DNA of 64,000 bases from Candidatus Poribacteria bacterium (GTDB lineage Bacteria; Poribacteria; WGA-4E; PCPOR2b), in the NCBI GenBank assembly GCA_965208325.1, contig OZ242326.1, positions 1,472,001-1,536,000 of the forward strand, given 5' to 3'. The notes beneath the pieces are model-generated. The model worked only from the letters and a program-made list of their open reading frames with translations, was not told the DNA's origin and made no database searches. A program made the position numbers and the translations under genes. Positions 28,701 through 37,610 of the stretch are shown here, piece by piece (within the stretch, counting starts at the first letter, position 1; each line of letters begins with the position of its first letter).

Positions 28701-29870
28701 TTATTCCCAATAAGGTGTTATCCATTCTTGCTTAACCGCCAAGCCGAATCCAGGGCCCTGGTTCGGTGCAATGTAGCTGTCCTTGGGTACCGTCTCGCCT
28801 TCAAACGGTTTTGTCTCTTCTAGCGGCACGCCGGGGGGTGTTCCCACGAAGTATTCTACCCAAGGTGTGTTGGGCATTGCAGCGGACAGATGAAGTCCAT
28901 ACTGCGTCAAACCGCCGCCGTGAAATATGACCGTCAGTCCGGCGGCATCCGCCATGTGGCAAATCTTTACGCATTCAGTAATCCCTCCAACCCAATAGAT
29001 GTCCGGTTGTAGAATGTCCAAACAGCCTCTTTCAATAAGCTGCTTGAAAGGCCACCGGGTGTATAGATGTTCGCCGCTAGCGAGAGACACCCAGTTTACG
29101 GCGTTTCGGACCTTAACGTGCCCATCAATATCTTCGGGGATGAGAAATTCTTCAATCCATTTCAGCCGGTAGGGCTTAAGCCGGCGCGCTAAGCGAATCG
29201 TATAATCGACATCGAAAGCCATGTAGCAATCAAGCATTATCTCGACACTATCACCAACAAACTCCCGCGTTTCAGCCACGAGTTTTTCGTTCGCGTTCAA
29301 TCCTGATAACCCGTCCGCGGGACCATAGGGGCACGCAAGTTTCACGGCTTTGAAGCCGAGTTCAATCTGCCAATCCGTGTCGTTGCCGGTCGCGTATGCG
29401 AAAATCCTATCTCGAACCGGTCCGCCTAACAGCTCATAAACCGGCTGGTTCTTGATTTTGCCGATTACATCCCAGAGGGCAAGATCTACCGCGCTCATTG
29501 CGCAGCTTGTCAAGCCAAGCGAACCGTAGGGTTTCGACATCCGGAACATCATATCCCAGATTTTCTCAATCGCGAAGCAGTTTTCACCGGCCAGCATCGG
29601 AGCGAAATGGCCGTCAATGATTGTCGCCACAGGGTTACCGAACGACGTTTGCCCGAGTCCCCACGTGCCGTCTTCAACGGTAACTTTCACAAAAACATCG
29701 CCCCATTTCGGCATCCAACGCGACCGGTGGCGTTTGAATCTGGGATATTTCGACATCGGGTTGGCAACCTCTGCGCTTTCGACCCAAGACGGGCGCCGCG
29801 GCGGCGTGTGCTTGTTGACGCGGGATGGAATGTTTAATTTAACAGCTTGAATCTCTTTAATCTTCATCAT
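28701..29870 (-). CDS. rhmD: L-rhamnonate dehydratase-like (mandelate racemase/enolase superfamily)
   Basis: VANPMSKYP, SAVDLALWD, YATG, KLACPYGPADG, MLDCYM, WIEE, GEH, QPD. Confidence 0.8.
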   Translation of the reverse strand: MMKIKEIQAVKLNIPSRVNKHTPPRRPSWVESAEVANPMSKYPRFKRHRSRWMPKWGDVFVKVTVEDGTWGLGQTSFGNPVATIIDGHFAPMLAGENCFAIEKIWDMMFRMSKPYGSLGLTSCAMSAVDLALWDVIGKIKNQPVYELLGGPVRDRIFAYATGNDTDWQIELGFKAVKLACPYGPADGLSGLNANEKLVAETREFVGDSVEIMLDCYMAFDVDYTIRLARRLKPYRLKWIEEFLIPEDIDGHVKVRNAVNWVSLASGEHLYTRWPFKQLIERGCLDILQPDIYWVGGITECVKICHMADAAGLTVIFHGGGLTQYGLHLSAAMPNTPWVEYFVGTPPGVPLEETKPFEGETVPKDSYIAPNQGPGFGLAVKQEWITPYWE

Positions 29871-30020
29871 TTACTCCTGATGATAACTTGTTCAACAAAC
29901 AGCCGTCAAATGTTGACCATGCAGCACCCGCAACCCTGCCGTCTTTAAGATCGATCTCTGTTGCGTTTTATCACGGGAAACCGATGCATTCGGAGGTGGT
30001 TGAATGTGCGGCTATTTGCT

Positions 30021-32798
30021 TTAGTGTGAAGCCGGCATCTGCTCTTCGGCGGGGTCAATGCGGACAGGGCAGACTTTGAGTTCAGCCGTATGTGTAACCG
30101 GGTCATAACCCGAACCTGTTAGGATGTTTACAGGTACATCGCTGAAGCTAAAGCTGGCGAACACCGTACCGCGCGGCGAACGCGGCGTGGCTTTAACTCG
30201 TATCTTTACCGTACCGCGTGCACTGGTCATCTGGCACCAACCGCCATCCATTAGCCCCCACGCCTGAACGTCGTTGGGGTTCACCTCTAAAGCCTCCTCG
30301 GACAGCAGATAGTCAATGCCCTGCGAACGGCCGGTTTGTGTGCGTGTGTGGTAGGACGCGAGCCGGCGTCCGGTGGTAAGCCAGACGGGAAAGTCGTTGT
30401 CTATCGTCTCTGCCGGGTTGCGATAGTATATACGTGTAAAGATACCGCGGCCGTTCTCGAATTTATCTTCGTGCAGCATCGGTGTGCCGGGGTGTCCCTC
30501 GTGAGGCACCGGCCATTGGTACGCCCCTTCGTCAATCCGGTCCCAATCGATACCCGCGTAGAGGGGTGAAGCGCTGCAGAGTTCGTTAAAAATCTCCTGT
30601 GCCGATCCAAAATCAAATCCCTGAAAACTGAGGCGTTTGGCAATCTGGGCAATTATCCACCAGTCGGGTTTTGCTTTGCCCGGCGGCGGTACAGCCGCAC
30701 GGACACGCTGGACTCGGCGTTCTGTGTTTGTGCATACGCCGTCGGTTTCGCCCCAAGCGGCCGCGGGCAGCACAACGTCTGCAAGTTGCGCCGTATCGGT
30801 CAAAAAGATATCAATCACAACGAGATGGTCAAGGCTTCTGAGCGCGTGTTCGCAGTGCGCTCGATTGGGATCGGAGAGCAGTGTGTTCTCCCCGTCAATT
30901 AGCATTGCCCGAATCTGTTCGCCGCACAGGTCGAGCGCCGTAACTTTGGTGACGCCCTTTTCCAAGTCAATTTCGGCACCGTACAACCTATTGAATTTCG
31001 CTTGGTTCGCCGGATCAGTGACGGATTGAAAACCGGGGTAGTTGTTCGGAAGTGCGCCGCTGTCGCCCGCACCTTGAATGTTGTTCTGTCCGCGCATCGG
31101 GTTAATGCCCGTTCCCTCGCGGCCAATGTTACCCGTCATAAGGGCGAGGTTGCACAAACTCTGTACGTTGTCAACGCCGCAGATATGTTCGGTGATCCCG
31201 AGCGTATAGTAGATTGCAGCTTTGTCCGCCATACCGTACCACAACGCCGCAACCTCAATATCCCGTGCGGGGACGCCCGTTATCGTTTCAGCCCACTCCG
31301 GCGGGAACGCCCTGACATGCTCAAGAAAATCCTCACTGTCAGTCGTGCGATTAGAGATGAACTCTAGGTCAATAAGCCCCTCGCGGGCGATTACGTGCGC
31401 CATGGCGAGCAGTAGTGCAACGTCCGAACCGACTCGAATCGGGAGGTAGAGATTCGATAGCCCCACAAGCCCAATCCGCCGCGGATCAGCAACGATTAGC
31501 TTGGCTCCCCGTGCGACCGCTTTCTTGAGGCGCGTTGCTGCGACAGGATGGCATTCGGTCATATTTGTGCCAATGCAAAATATAACATCGGGTTTCTCCA
31601 TGTCGATTAGCGGATTCGACATTGCGCCGCGTCCGATTGTGGCTGCCAGACCGGCAACCGTCGGCGCGTGTCAGGCACGGCTGCAGTTGTCTATGTAGTT
31701 TGTTCCGAAACCGGCGCGGATAAATTTCTGCATTAGGTATGCGGCTTCATTCGGCGCGCGACCCGATGCCACCCCGTAAATGCTATGTCTACCGTGTTTC
31801 TCCCGCACCGCGCGAAAGCCGTCAGCCGCGCGGTCGAGCGCTTCGTCCCAACTTGCGACGTGGAGTTGACCGTCGCCGCCGCGAACCAACGGAGTTGACA
31901 ACCGGTCAGGGTGCTGCACAAAATCGAAGGCAAACTGCCCTTTAACACAGAGCGCGCCTTGGTTGGCCGGACCGTCCATCGCGGGGTGGATACCGATGAG
32001 CCTATCTTTTTTGGTCAGCATGTCAACCGAGCAGCCGACGCCGCAGTACGGGCAAATCGTGCGCGTCTTCTCGATTTCGCCCGGAAGATTCTCTGCGCGC
32101 AACGCCTTCTTGTCGGCAAGCGCCCCGGTAGGGCACGTCTGCACGCATTGTCCGCAAAAGGTGCATGCGGAGTCTTTCAAAATGCCGTTGAACTCGGTCG
32201 TAATCTGGGTGTCAAAACCGCGGTTCATTACACTAATGGCATAATCTCCCTCCTGTTCCGCGCAAACCCGCACACATCGGTAGCAGGAGATACACAGGTC
32301 GTAATCGCGCAGAATAAAGGGATTCTCGTCGACCGTGTTGCTGGCGCCGGACTGTTTTCCGTTGAAGCGCCCGGTACGCGCCTCGTAGCGTTTGACAAGC
32401 GTCGTAAGTTCCTGTGACGCATAGCCGCGCAGGGGATTGACATCAAGTTCTCGGTTCTCGGAGGCAACCATCTCAAGCAGAACTTTACGGTGCCTCTCGA
32501 TCTTCTCCGTTGCCGTTCGGACGGCCATACCGGGTGTTGCCTTCGTGGTGCAAGAGGCAACCGGATTTCGCGTCCCTTCAAGCTCGACAATGCAGAGGCG
32601 GCATCCGCCGAAGGCATCCAGGCGGGGATCATAACAGAGCGTCGGAATGTCTATGCCGTGGCGGTGCGCAACATCGTAGATGGTTTCACCGTCTGAAAAG
32701 GTCACCACTTCGCCATCCAGTGTTATTGCGGCAGGCTGCGCGTCCGTCGGGACGGAATTAATACCGTTCTTCAATTTTTCACGATTCGGTTTTGACAC
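30021..32798 (-). CDS. fdhF: Selenocysteine-containing Mo/W-bis-PGD formate dehydrogenase alpha subunit (925 aa, UGA=Sec at 31671-31673)
   Basis: Two track ORFs in the same frame joined by one TGA in IDNCSRA-U-HAPTVAGL; N-terminal 2Fe-2S/4Fe-4S clusters, CPYCGVGC, RGQNNIQG. Confidence 0.93.
31641..31659 (-). promoter_or_regulatory. Bacterial SECIS element
   Basis: GGTTGCC-GGTCT-GGCAGCC hairpin starting 11 nt after the UGA, resembling the fdhF-type SECIS. Confidence 0.85.
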
Positions 32799-32870
32799 TG
32801 CTCAAGTCCTTTTGGCATAGAATTCGTATTTTATCGTGTGATTACGCTGAAACCACAATTCAATTCTGTC

Positions 32871-34541
32871 TCACGGCTCCACGTGTTGCGCAACTCGTTC
32901 CGGAAAATACTTCATCAAGCTGTCTGTTATTAGCGGGGCCGCCATCCCGAGTCCGCATGCGCTCGCCGCCTTCATTGCGCTGCCGATGTCTTTTACCTCG
33001 CCAATCCATTTCCCTAGTTCCGTGGGTCCCGCCTTTCCATTTAGGCGCTCGGTAAGGCGCTGCGTGCCGATTCGGCACGGAAAACACTTTCCGCATGACT
33101 CTTCGGCGAAAAATGCCATGGCGCCGCGCGCCGCTTCGACCATATCCCGGCTGTCATCGAACACTATAATCCCCCCAGCGCCAAGCATCGAATCCTTGCT
33201 CCGCAGGCTCGTCTCATCGAGTGTTACGTTGAGGTCGGCTCCCGCCAAGAAACCGCCTGAAAGCCCTGCCATGGTAACCGACTGAATCGAACGGTTTTCC
33301 CGGGCGCCGCCTGCCCAGTCATAGAGCAGCGTCTTCAATGGCAGCCCAAACGGTACTTCGTAGTTGCCGGGTTTTCGGATGTCGCCGGAAAGACTGATTA
33401 CCTTTGTGCCGGCGTGGCCGTTCATCCCTAGCCCTCGATACCAGTTTGCGCCTTTACGCAGGATGTGCGGTACCGAGGCGAGGGTCTCGACGTTGTTCAC
33501 AGCCGTGGGTAGATTCTCGTAACCGTGTGTGACCGGATAGGGCGGGCGGTTGCGGGGGAATGGATGTTTCCCTTCCAGACTATTCAGCAGCGAACCTTCC
33601 TCGCCGCAGATGTATGCACCGGCTCCGCGTCTCAGATGAATCCGAAAACTGAAATCACTCCCTAGCACTTCTTCACCAAGGAAACCGGCGGATTCCGCTT
33701 CAGCAATCGCACGTTCGAGAACATTGAATGTGCCGGGGTACTCATATCGCAGGTAGATGAAGCCGCGCGCCGCGCCAGTGGCGTAGGCTGCGAGCGTCAT
33801 TCCCTCAATAACTGCATGTGGATCGAAATCTAGGATGGCGCGGTCCTTAAAGCACCCGGGCTCGCCCTCATCCGCGTTACAGATGACGGTTTTAGGCGTT
33901 CCAGGGGCTTCGGCAACCGCTTTCCATTTGAGTCCGGTTGGAAAGCCTGCACCTCCGCGTCCGGCGAGTTTGCTGTCTGTGATAAGCGCAACTACCTCGC
34001 TAGGCTGCATCTCTTTGACAGCCCGCCGAAGCCCTTCGTAACCGCCGGTTCGGCAGTAACCCTCAATGCTATATCTGCCCGGCGTGCGAATCTCGGCAAA
34101 GACGCACTCTTCGATGCCGCCAGGATTCCGCGGAGGTAATGGCGGCGGTCGGGCTTCTAATGTTCTTGAACTTACGCCAACGGATACACAATGCCCTTTA
34201 AGTACCGGGACGAAATCGTCGCAGCGCCCGGCGCAGGGCATGGCTTGTGCGCCTTCATCCTTGAGTTCTTCGATGATTTGTTTGCCGCCTTCCAGACAGC
34301 AGACGGGCCCCATGCAGACGCGCGGCGCAGTTTGCCCGGGCGGGTTTCGGGAGAAGTGGTGGTAGAAGGTAACGATGCCGAAGAGGTCTGCCAGTGGAAT
34401 TTTTAGCCCGACAGCCGCATCGCGGAGAGATTCATCCGAAATAAAACCGTCCCGGTCGTGAAGGGCGTGCAGCAACGGAAGCAATGGCGCCGGTTCGCTG
34501 CTCCAACGCTCGATAAGTTCCCGGTTTGTAGGAGTTTTCAT
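32871..34541 (-). CDS. Fused NuoE/NuoF-like (FdsG/FdsB-type) NADH-binding subunit of formate dehydrogenase
   Basis: TFY..F, C.GPVC, CAGRC [2Fe-2S]; GRGGAGFPTG.KW, NADEGEPG, GAGAYICGEE, ESCGKCFPCRIG, CGLG. Confidence 0.9.
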   Translation of the reverse strand: MKTPTNRELIERWSSEPAPLLPLLHALHDRDGFISDESLRDAAVGLKIPLADLFGIVTFYHHFSRNPPGQTAPRVCMGPVCCLEGGKQIIEELKDEGAQAMPCAGRCDDFVPVLKGHCVSVGVSSRTLEARPPPLPPRNPGGIEECVFAEIRTPGRYSIEGYCRTGGYEGLRRAVKEMQPSEVVALITDSKLAGRGGAGFPTGLKWKAVAEAPGTPKTVICNADEGEPGCFKDRAILDFDPHAVIEGMTLAAYATGAARGFIYLRYEYPGTFNVLERAIAEAESAGFLGEEVLGSDFSFRIHLRRGAGAYICGEEGSLLNSLEGKHPFPRNRPPYPVTHGYENLPTAVNNVETLASVPHILRKGANWYRGLGMNGHAGTKVISLSGDIRKPGNYEVPFGLPLKTLLYDWAGGARENRSIQSVTMAGLSGGFLAGADLNVTLDETSLRSKDSMLGAGGIIVFDDSRDMVEAARGAMAFFAEESCGKCFPCRIGTQRLTERLNGKAGPTELGKWIGEVKDIGSAMKAASACGLGMAAPLITDSLMKYFPERVAQHVEP

Positions 34542-34612
34542 CGCGCACACCCGCTTCCAAGGTTAATCCAGCCCTGCATTTGAGGGCACATACCGCCTCA
34601 CGTGTTTCGGCA

Positions 34613-34641
34613 ATAGTAGCACGCAATAGGTGACTTGTCAA
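34613..34641 (-). promoter_or_regulatory. Putative sigma70 promoter for the fdh operon
   Basis: Minus strand TTGACA-N17-TACTAT with TGn. Confidence 0.7.
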
Positions 34642-34684
34642 TCGGATTTAAGCATGTTTTCCCGCCAATCCGCTATCAGATTTT

Positions 34685-34999
34685 GTAGGTTGGGTAGAGC
34701 GGGTATGCCGCAACACGAGCATGTTAACGAATAACTCTGTCGCTCAATTGCATGCTAGATTTGCTGGACGTAGCGAAACCCAACACCCTTAAAACCTCCG
34801 TCATTCCAGATATACACCGAACACAATTTATCGATCCGAAATTTGAATTAGGTCGTGGGTTTCTCTCTTTTATGATTCAATTATCAATTGCCGTGTTGTT
34901 GATGCGCACCCCCGCCAGTCACGAGCCTACACAATTGTTCGGCTTCGCGGAAAACTATCGTCCTAACAATTCGTTTGGCTGACCGCTCTTCCAAACCTA
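34685..34999. mobile_element. REPIN/MITE-like non-coding element with nested inverted repeats
   Basis: GTAGGTTGGGTAGAGCGG (34685-34702) vs CCGCTCTTCCAAACCTA (34983-34999); inner GCGAAACCCAACA (34773-34785) vs TGTTCGGCTTCGC (34936-34948). Confidence 0.65.
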
Positions 35000-35008
35000 A
35001 AAAAACTG

Positions 35009-36193
35009 TCATTCGTGTTCTTGCTCAGCGTCGGGAATCAGAGATTTTGCAATTCGGATGATTTCAGGTTGGTCTAACTCGCTGATTAGGGCAAAATTGA
35101 CCCCGCCTTCATACCATTTAAGAATTAGTGTCTGATGGCGTTTCATAACCTCCACAGGTGTTCCGTGGAATTCTCTGATTCGAACTCCCTTACCTGCGCG
35201 GGTTTTCGAATCTCGCTGCTTCCGGGGCGGTTTGCGTTTCGATTCAAATAAAGAAAACTCCATCAACCCATCGCTGTATCGTAGATGCACTGTCGGTCTA
35301 GGCGCTCGAAGCGGCACCGCTCGTCTAGGGCCGAATGCAATCTGTGTAATCTGCTGTAACTTAAACCCCGGCGGCAGATACGCCGGTAGCACTAACCGAT
35401 TATCCAGCGCGTTTTTTGCATCTGCCAAAGATATGGATTTACCGCGACGTCGTGAATCGGCGGACTTTGATTCCTCTTCATGTTGGAATTTTGTCAATTC
35501 TTCCTTTACTTTGTCGGATTGAAAACTAATTTGGGTATAGACTGACAGAAATCTGAGATTCTCTTTGGCGTCAAAGTGCTCAATTCTTAAGATAACTCCC
35601 TTATCCTCCGCTATCCAGACACGCCGTGTTGGTCTATCCTCGATTTCGGGCTTAGGGGCAATCGTTAATACGTTGGCTTCAAAGCCGGCAATCTTTTCTT
35701 CGGAGGAGTGGAAATTAAGCGTGTAGTTCTGAACCAATAACTCCGAATTGTCATGCGACAGCCGCTCAGCAATTTTGTGCGGCGGGCGGAAAAATGCCCT
35801 TCCGTCAAAATGATGCCTGAAAGGCGCATCGGATTTAAAGTTCCCACTTCCCCTTCCGCGTTTCCTCCCGCCGCCGCGAGTTTTTGGGCGGTAACCCTCC
35901 TTTAGCGGCGCCACCATCTTAACATGATGCGTTGAAGGCGGATGGTGGACGACTAGCTCCTCGCGCGCAAAGCAACCGTCATGCGCCCAACTAATTGTAA
36001 GCCGTTTTCCAACATAGCTGACCTCGCGTTCCGCTGTCTTCAGACGCTGAAAAATATCGGAAGCAAGAGCAGATGAATTGTCCGGCGCAGCGTCCGCTGC
36101 GGCATTCCATGCCAAAATTAGCAGAGCAAACGCGGTGTTCAAGATTTGGCGTTTTTGCCTGAAAAACATGGATTTAATCTCCGAAATGGGCAT
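35009..36193 (-). CDS. MucB/RseB-like (LolA-fold) sigma-E regulatory protein
   Basis: Signal peptide, LLVQNY, IAG..A.VL.I.PK, R.WIAED.GVILR.E, P.YLPPGF, LRYSDGLMEFSLFE. Confidence 0.82.
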   Translation of the reverse strand: MPISEIKSMFFRQKRQILNTAFALLILAWNAAADAAPDNSSALASDIFQRLKTAEREVSYVGKRLTISWAHDGCFAREELVVHHPPSTHHVKMVAPLKEGYRPKTRGGGRKRGRGSGNFKSDAPFRHHFDGRAFFRPPHKIAERLSHDNSELLVQNYTLNFHSSEEKIAGFEANVLTIAPKPEIEDRPTRRVWIAEDKGVILRIEHFDAKENLRFLSVYTQISFQSDKVKEELTKFQHEEESKSADSRRRGKSISLADAKNALDNRLVLPAYLPPGFKLQQITQIAFGPRRAVPLRAPRPTVHLRYSDGLMEFSLFESKRKPPRKQRDSKTRAGKGVRIREFHGTPVEVMKRHQTLILKWYEGGVNFALISELDQPEIIRIAKSLIPDAEQEHE

Positions 36194-36686
36194 CTAGGTA
36201 GATTTCAGTTTCTTCTTGAAATTCTGTGTCAGTGATTTCAAAGGGTTGATTGACGACGGTGTATTGCGCCCCGAAATTGTCCATTCCATAATCCGTGTGA
36301 ATTGCCACGTATAAGTCGATTGGATCATCTTGGTAATTCTGAGTTGGGCTGAAATAAATTAACCCTAACACCAGGCACGCTAGGACAATTGTGCCCGCAA
36401 CTGCAGGAACTGGACGGAAAATCCATCGGCGCCGGATATGTCTGGATCGGCTGCAGTCCTTTGTCTGCTGTCTGCTGACTATCTGTTCTTGAACAGCTTC
36501 CCAAATCCCCGGGGGTGCCGTCTGCCGCAAATCTGCAATCCGCTGGCAGTTACACTTGAGTTCTGAAAGGATTTTGGTACATTCACCGCAGGTGTGTACG
36601 TGCACCTTAACCGCTTCACGTTCCTGTTGGGTCAATTCATCATCAATGTACGCAGATAGCAATTTTTGAATACGACGATGTTTCAT
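36174..36686 (-). CDS. zf-HC2 anti-sigma factor with a TM helix
   Basis: LLSAYIDDEL, H-x3-C-x2-C (HVHTCGEC), single TM. Confidence 0.9.
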   Translation of the reverse strand: MKHRRIQKLLSAYIDDELTQQEREAVKVHVHTCGECTKILSELKCNCQRIADLRQTAPPGIWEAVQEQIVSRQQTKDCSRSRHIRRRWIFRPVPAVAGTIVLACLVLGLIYFSPTQNYQDDPIDLYVAIHTDYGMDNFGAQYTVVNQPFEITDTEFQEETEIYLDAHFGD

Positions 36687-36692
36687 AAGAGT

Positions 36693-37298
36693 TCACCAAT
36701 CTTTCTGTTTCAAAACCTTTCTCAACGAAAGTCTCGCCTCATGAAGCCGTGACTTCACGCGTCCAACGGAGCAATTGAGTACGTCCGCCAACTCATCGTA
36801 GGACAAATTTTCCATCTCACGAAGGATGAGAATCTTTCGGTAATCGTGTTTGAGTTGCGCCAGGGCGGCGTGCAGTATCTCTTGCTGCTCAGCCAGGAGC
36901 ACCTCTTTTTCAGGTGTTCTGGAATCTATGGGCGTCCAGGCTTGCGAATCGTCCATTTCCGTCGGCGATGTCTGCTGCCGCTGCCGCCGGTTTTTCTCGT
37001 TGATGCACATGTTCGTCGCAACGCGGTAAAGCCATGTGGAAAACCGAGATTTGAATTTGAACTGCCCAATCTTTTCCCAAACCGATAAAAACACATCTTG
37101 GGTAATGTCTTGCGCGTCTTCCGCGTTGCCGAGCATGCCGTAGGCGATATTGTAGACCTGGTTCTGATACAGGCGGACAATCCGCCCCATTGCCTGAGAA
37201 TCACCCGCTTGGCAGTGCTTGATTAAATCTCGTTCCTGTTGGTCGACCAGTTCTTCAACCTCGGTGGAGATGAAATGTGCAACGCATACACTTACCAT
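36693..37298 (-). CDS. ECF RNA polymerase sigma factor (RpoE/SigW-like); start uncertain
   Basis: DAQDITQDVF, SRFSTWLYRVATN, LSYDELADVL, GRVKSRLHEAR; the start could be ATG 37298 or CTG 37250 after GAGG. Confidence 0.92.
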   Translation of the reverse strand: MVSVCVAHFISTEVEELVDQQERDLIKHCQAGDSQAMGRIVRLYQNQVYNIAYGMLGNAEDAQDITQDVFLSVWEKIGQFKFKSRFSTWLYRVATNMCINEKNRRQRQQTSPTEMDDSQAWTPIDSRTPEKEVLLAEQQEILHAALAQLKHDYRKILILREMENLSYDELADVLNCSVGRVKSRLHEARLSLRKVLKQKDW

Positions 37299-37335
37299 AG
37301 TAGACAGCACAACCTTTAGTTTTTCATGATTGTTA

Positions 37336-37363
37336 TTTAGACAAACAACCTTGAAAAAGGTTC
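37336..37363 (-). promoter_or_regulatory. ECF (sigmaE-type) autoregulatory promoter
   Basis: Minus strand GAACCT-N16-TCTAAA directly upstream of the ECF gene. Confidence 0.7.
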
Positions 37364-37571
37364 GCCTTTTGGTGGACATACACCGCCGAAAGATATTTTG
37401 CCACAGACCCGCGCTTGAGGCAAGCCGAAAACCGACTTCAGCCTGTTCCGTCACGACGCTCAGACTTGGTCTCAATTAACTAACCAGCACGGTAGTCATT
37501 GGTAATGAACGAAACGGGCGGAATGCCCGCCGCGCACCGAGATGTTCACGGGATGAGCGCCAAATCTACGC

Positions 37572-37600
37572 TTGACGATAAGATGACTACATGGTAATAT
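37572..37600 (+). promoter_or_regulatory. Putative sigma70 promoter for recJ-relA
   Basis: TTGACG-N17-TAATAT with TGn, 10 nt before the ATG. Confidence 0.55.
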
Positions 37601-37610
37601 ACACCCTGTC

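Noticed and set aside
31671..31673. FDH as a split pseudogene
   Set aside because: The stop is TGA at the Cys/Sec ligand position and is followed by a SECIS-like hairpin
34752..34982. 76-aa ORF inside the REPIN-like element
   Set aside because: No RBS or transposase motifs; it spans the inverted repeats
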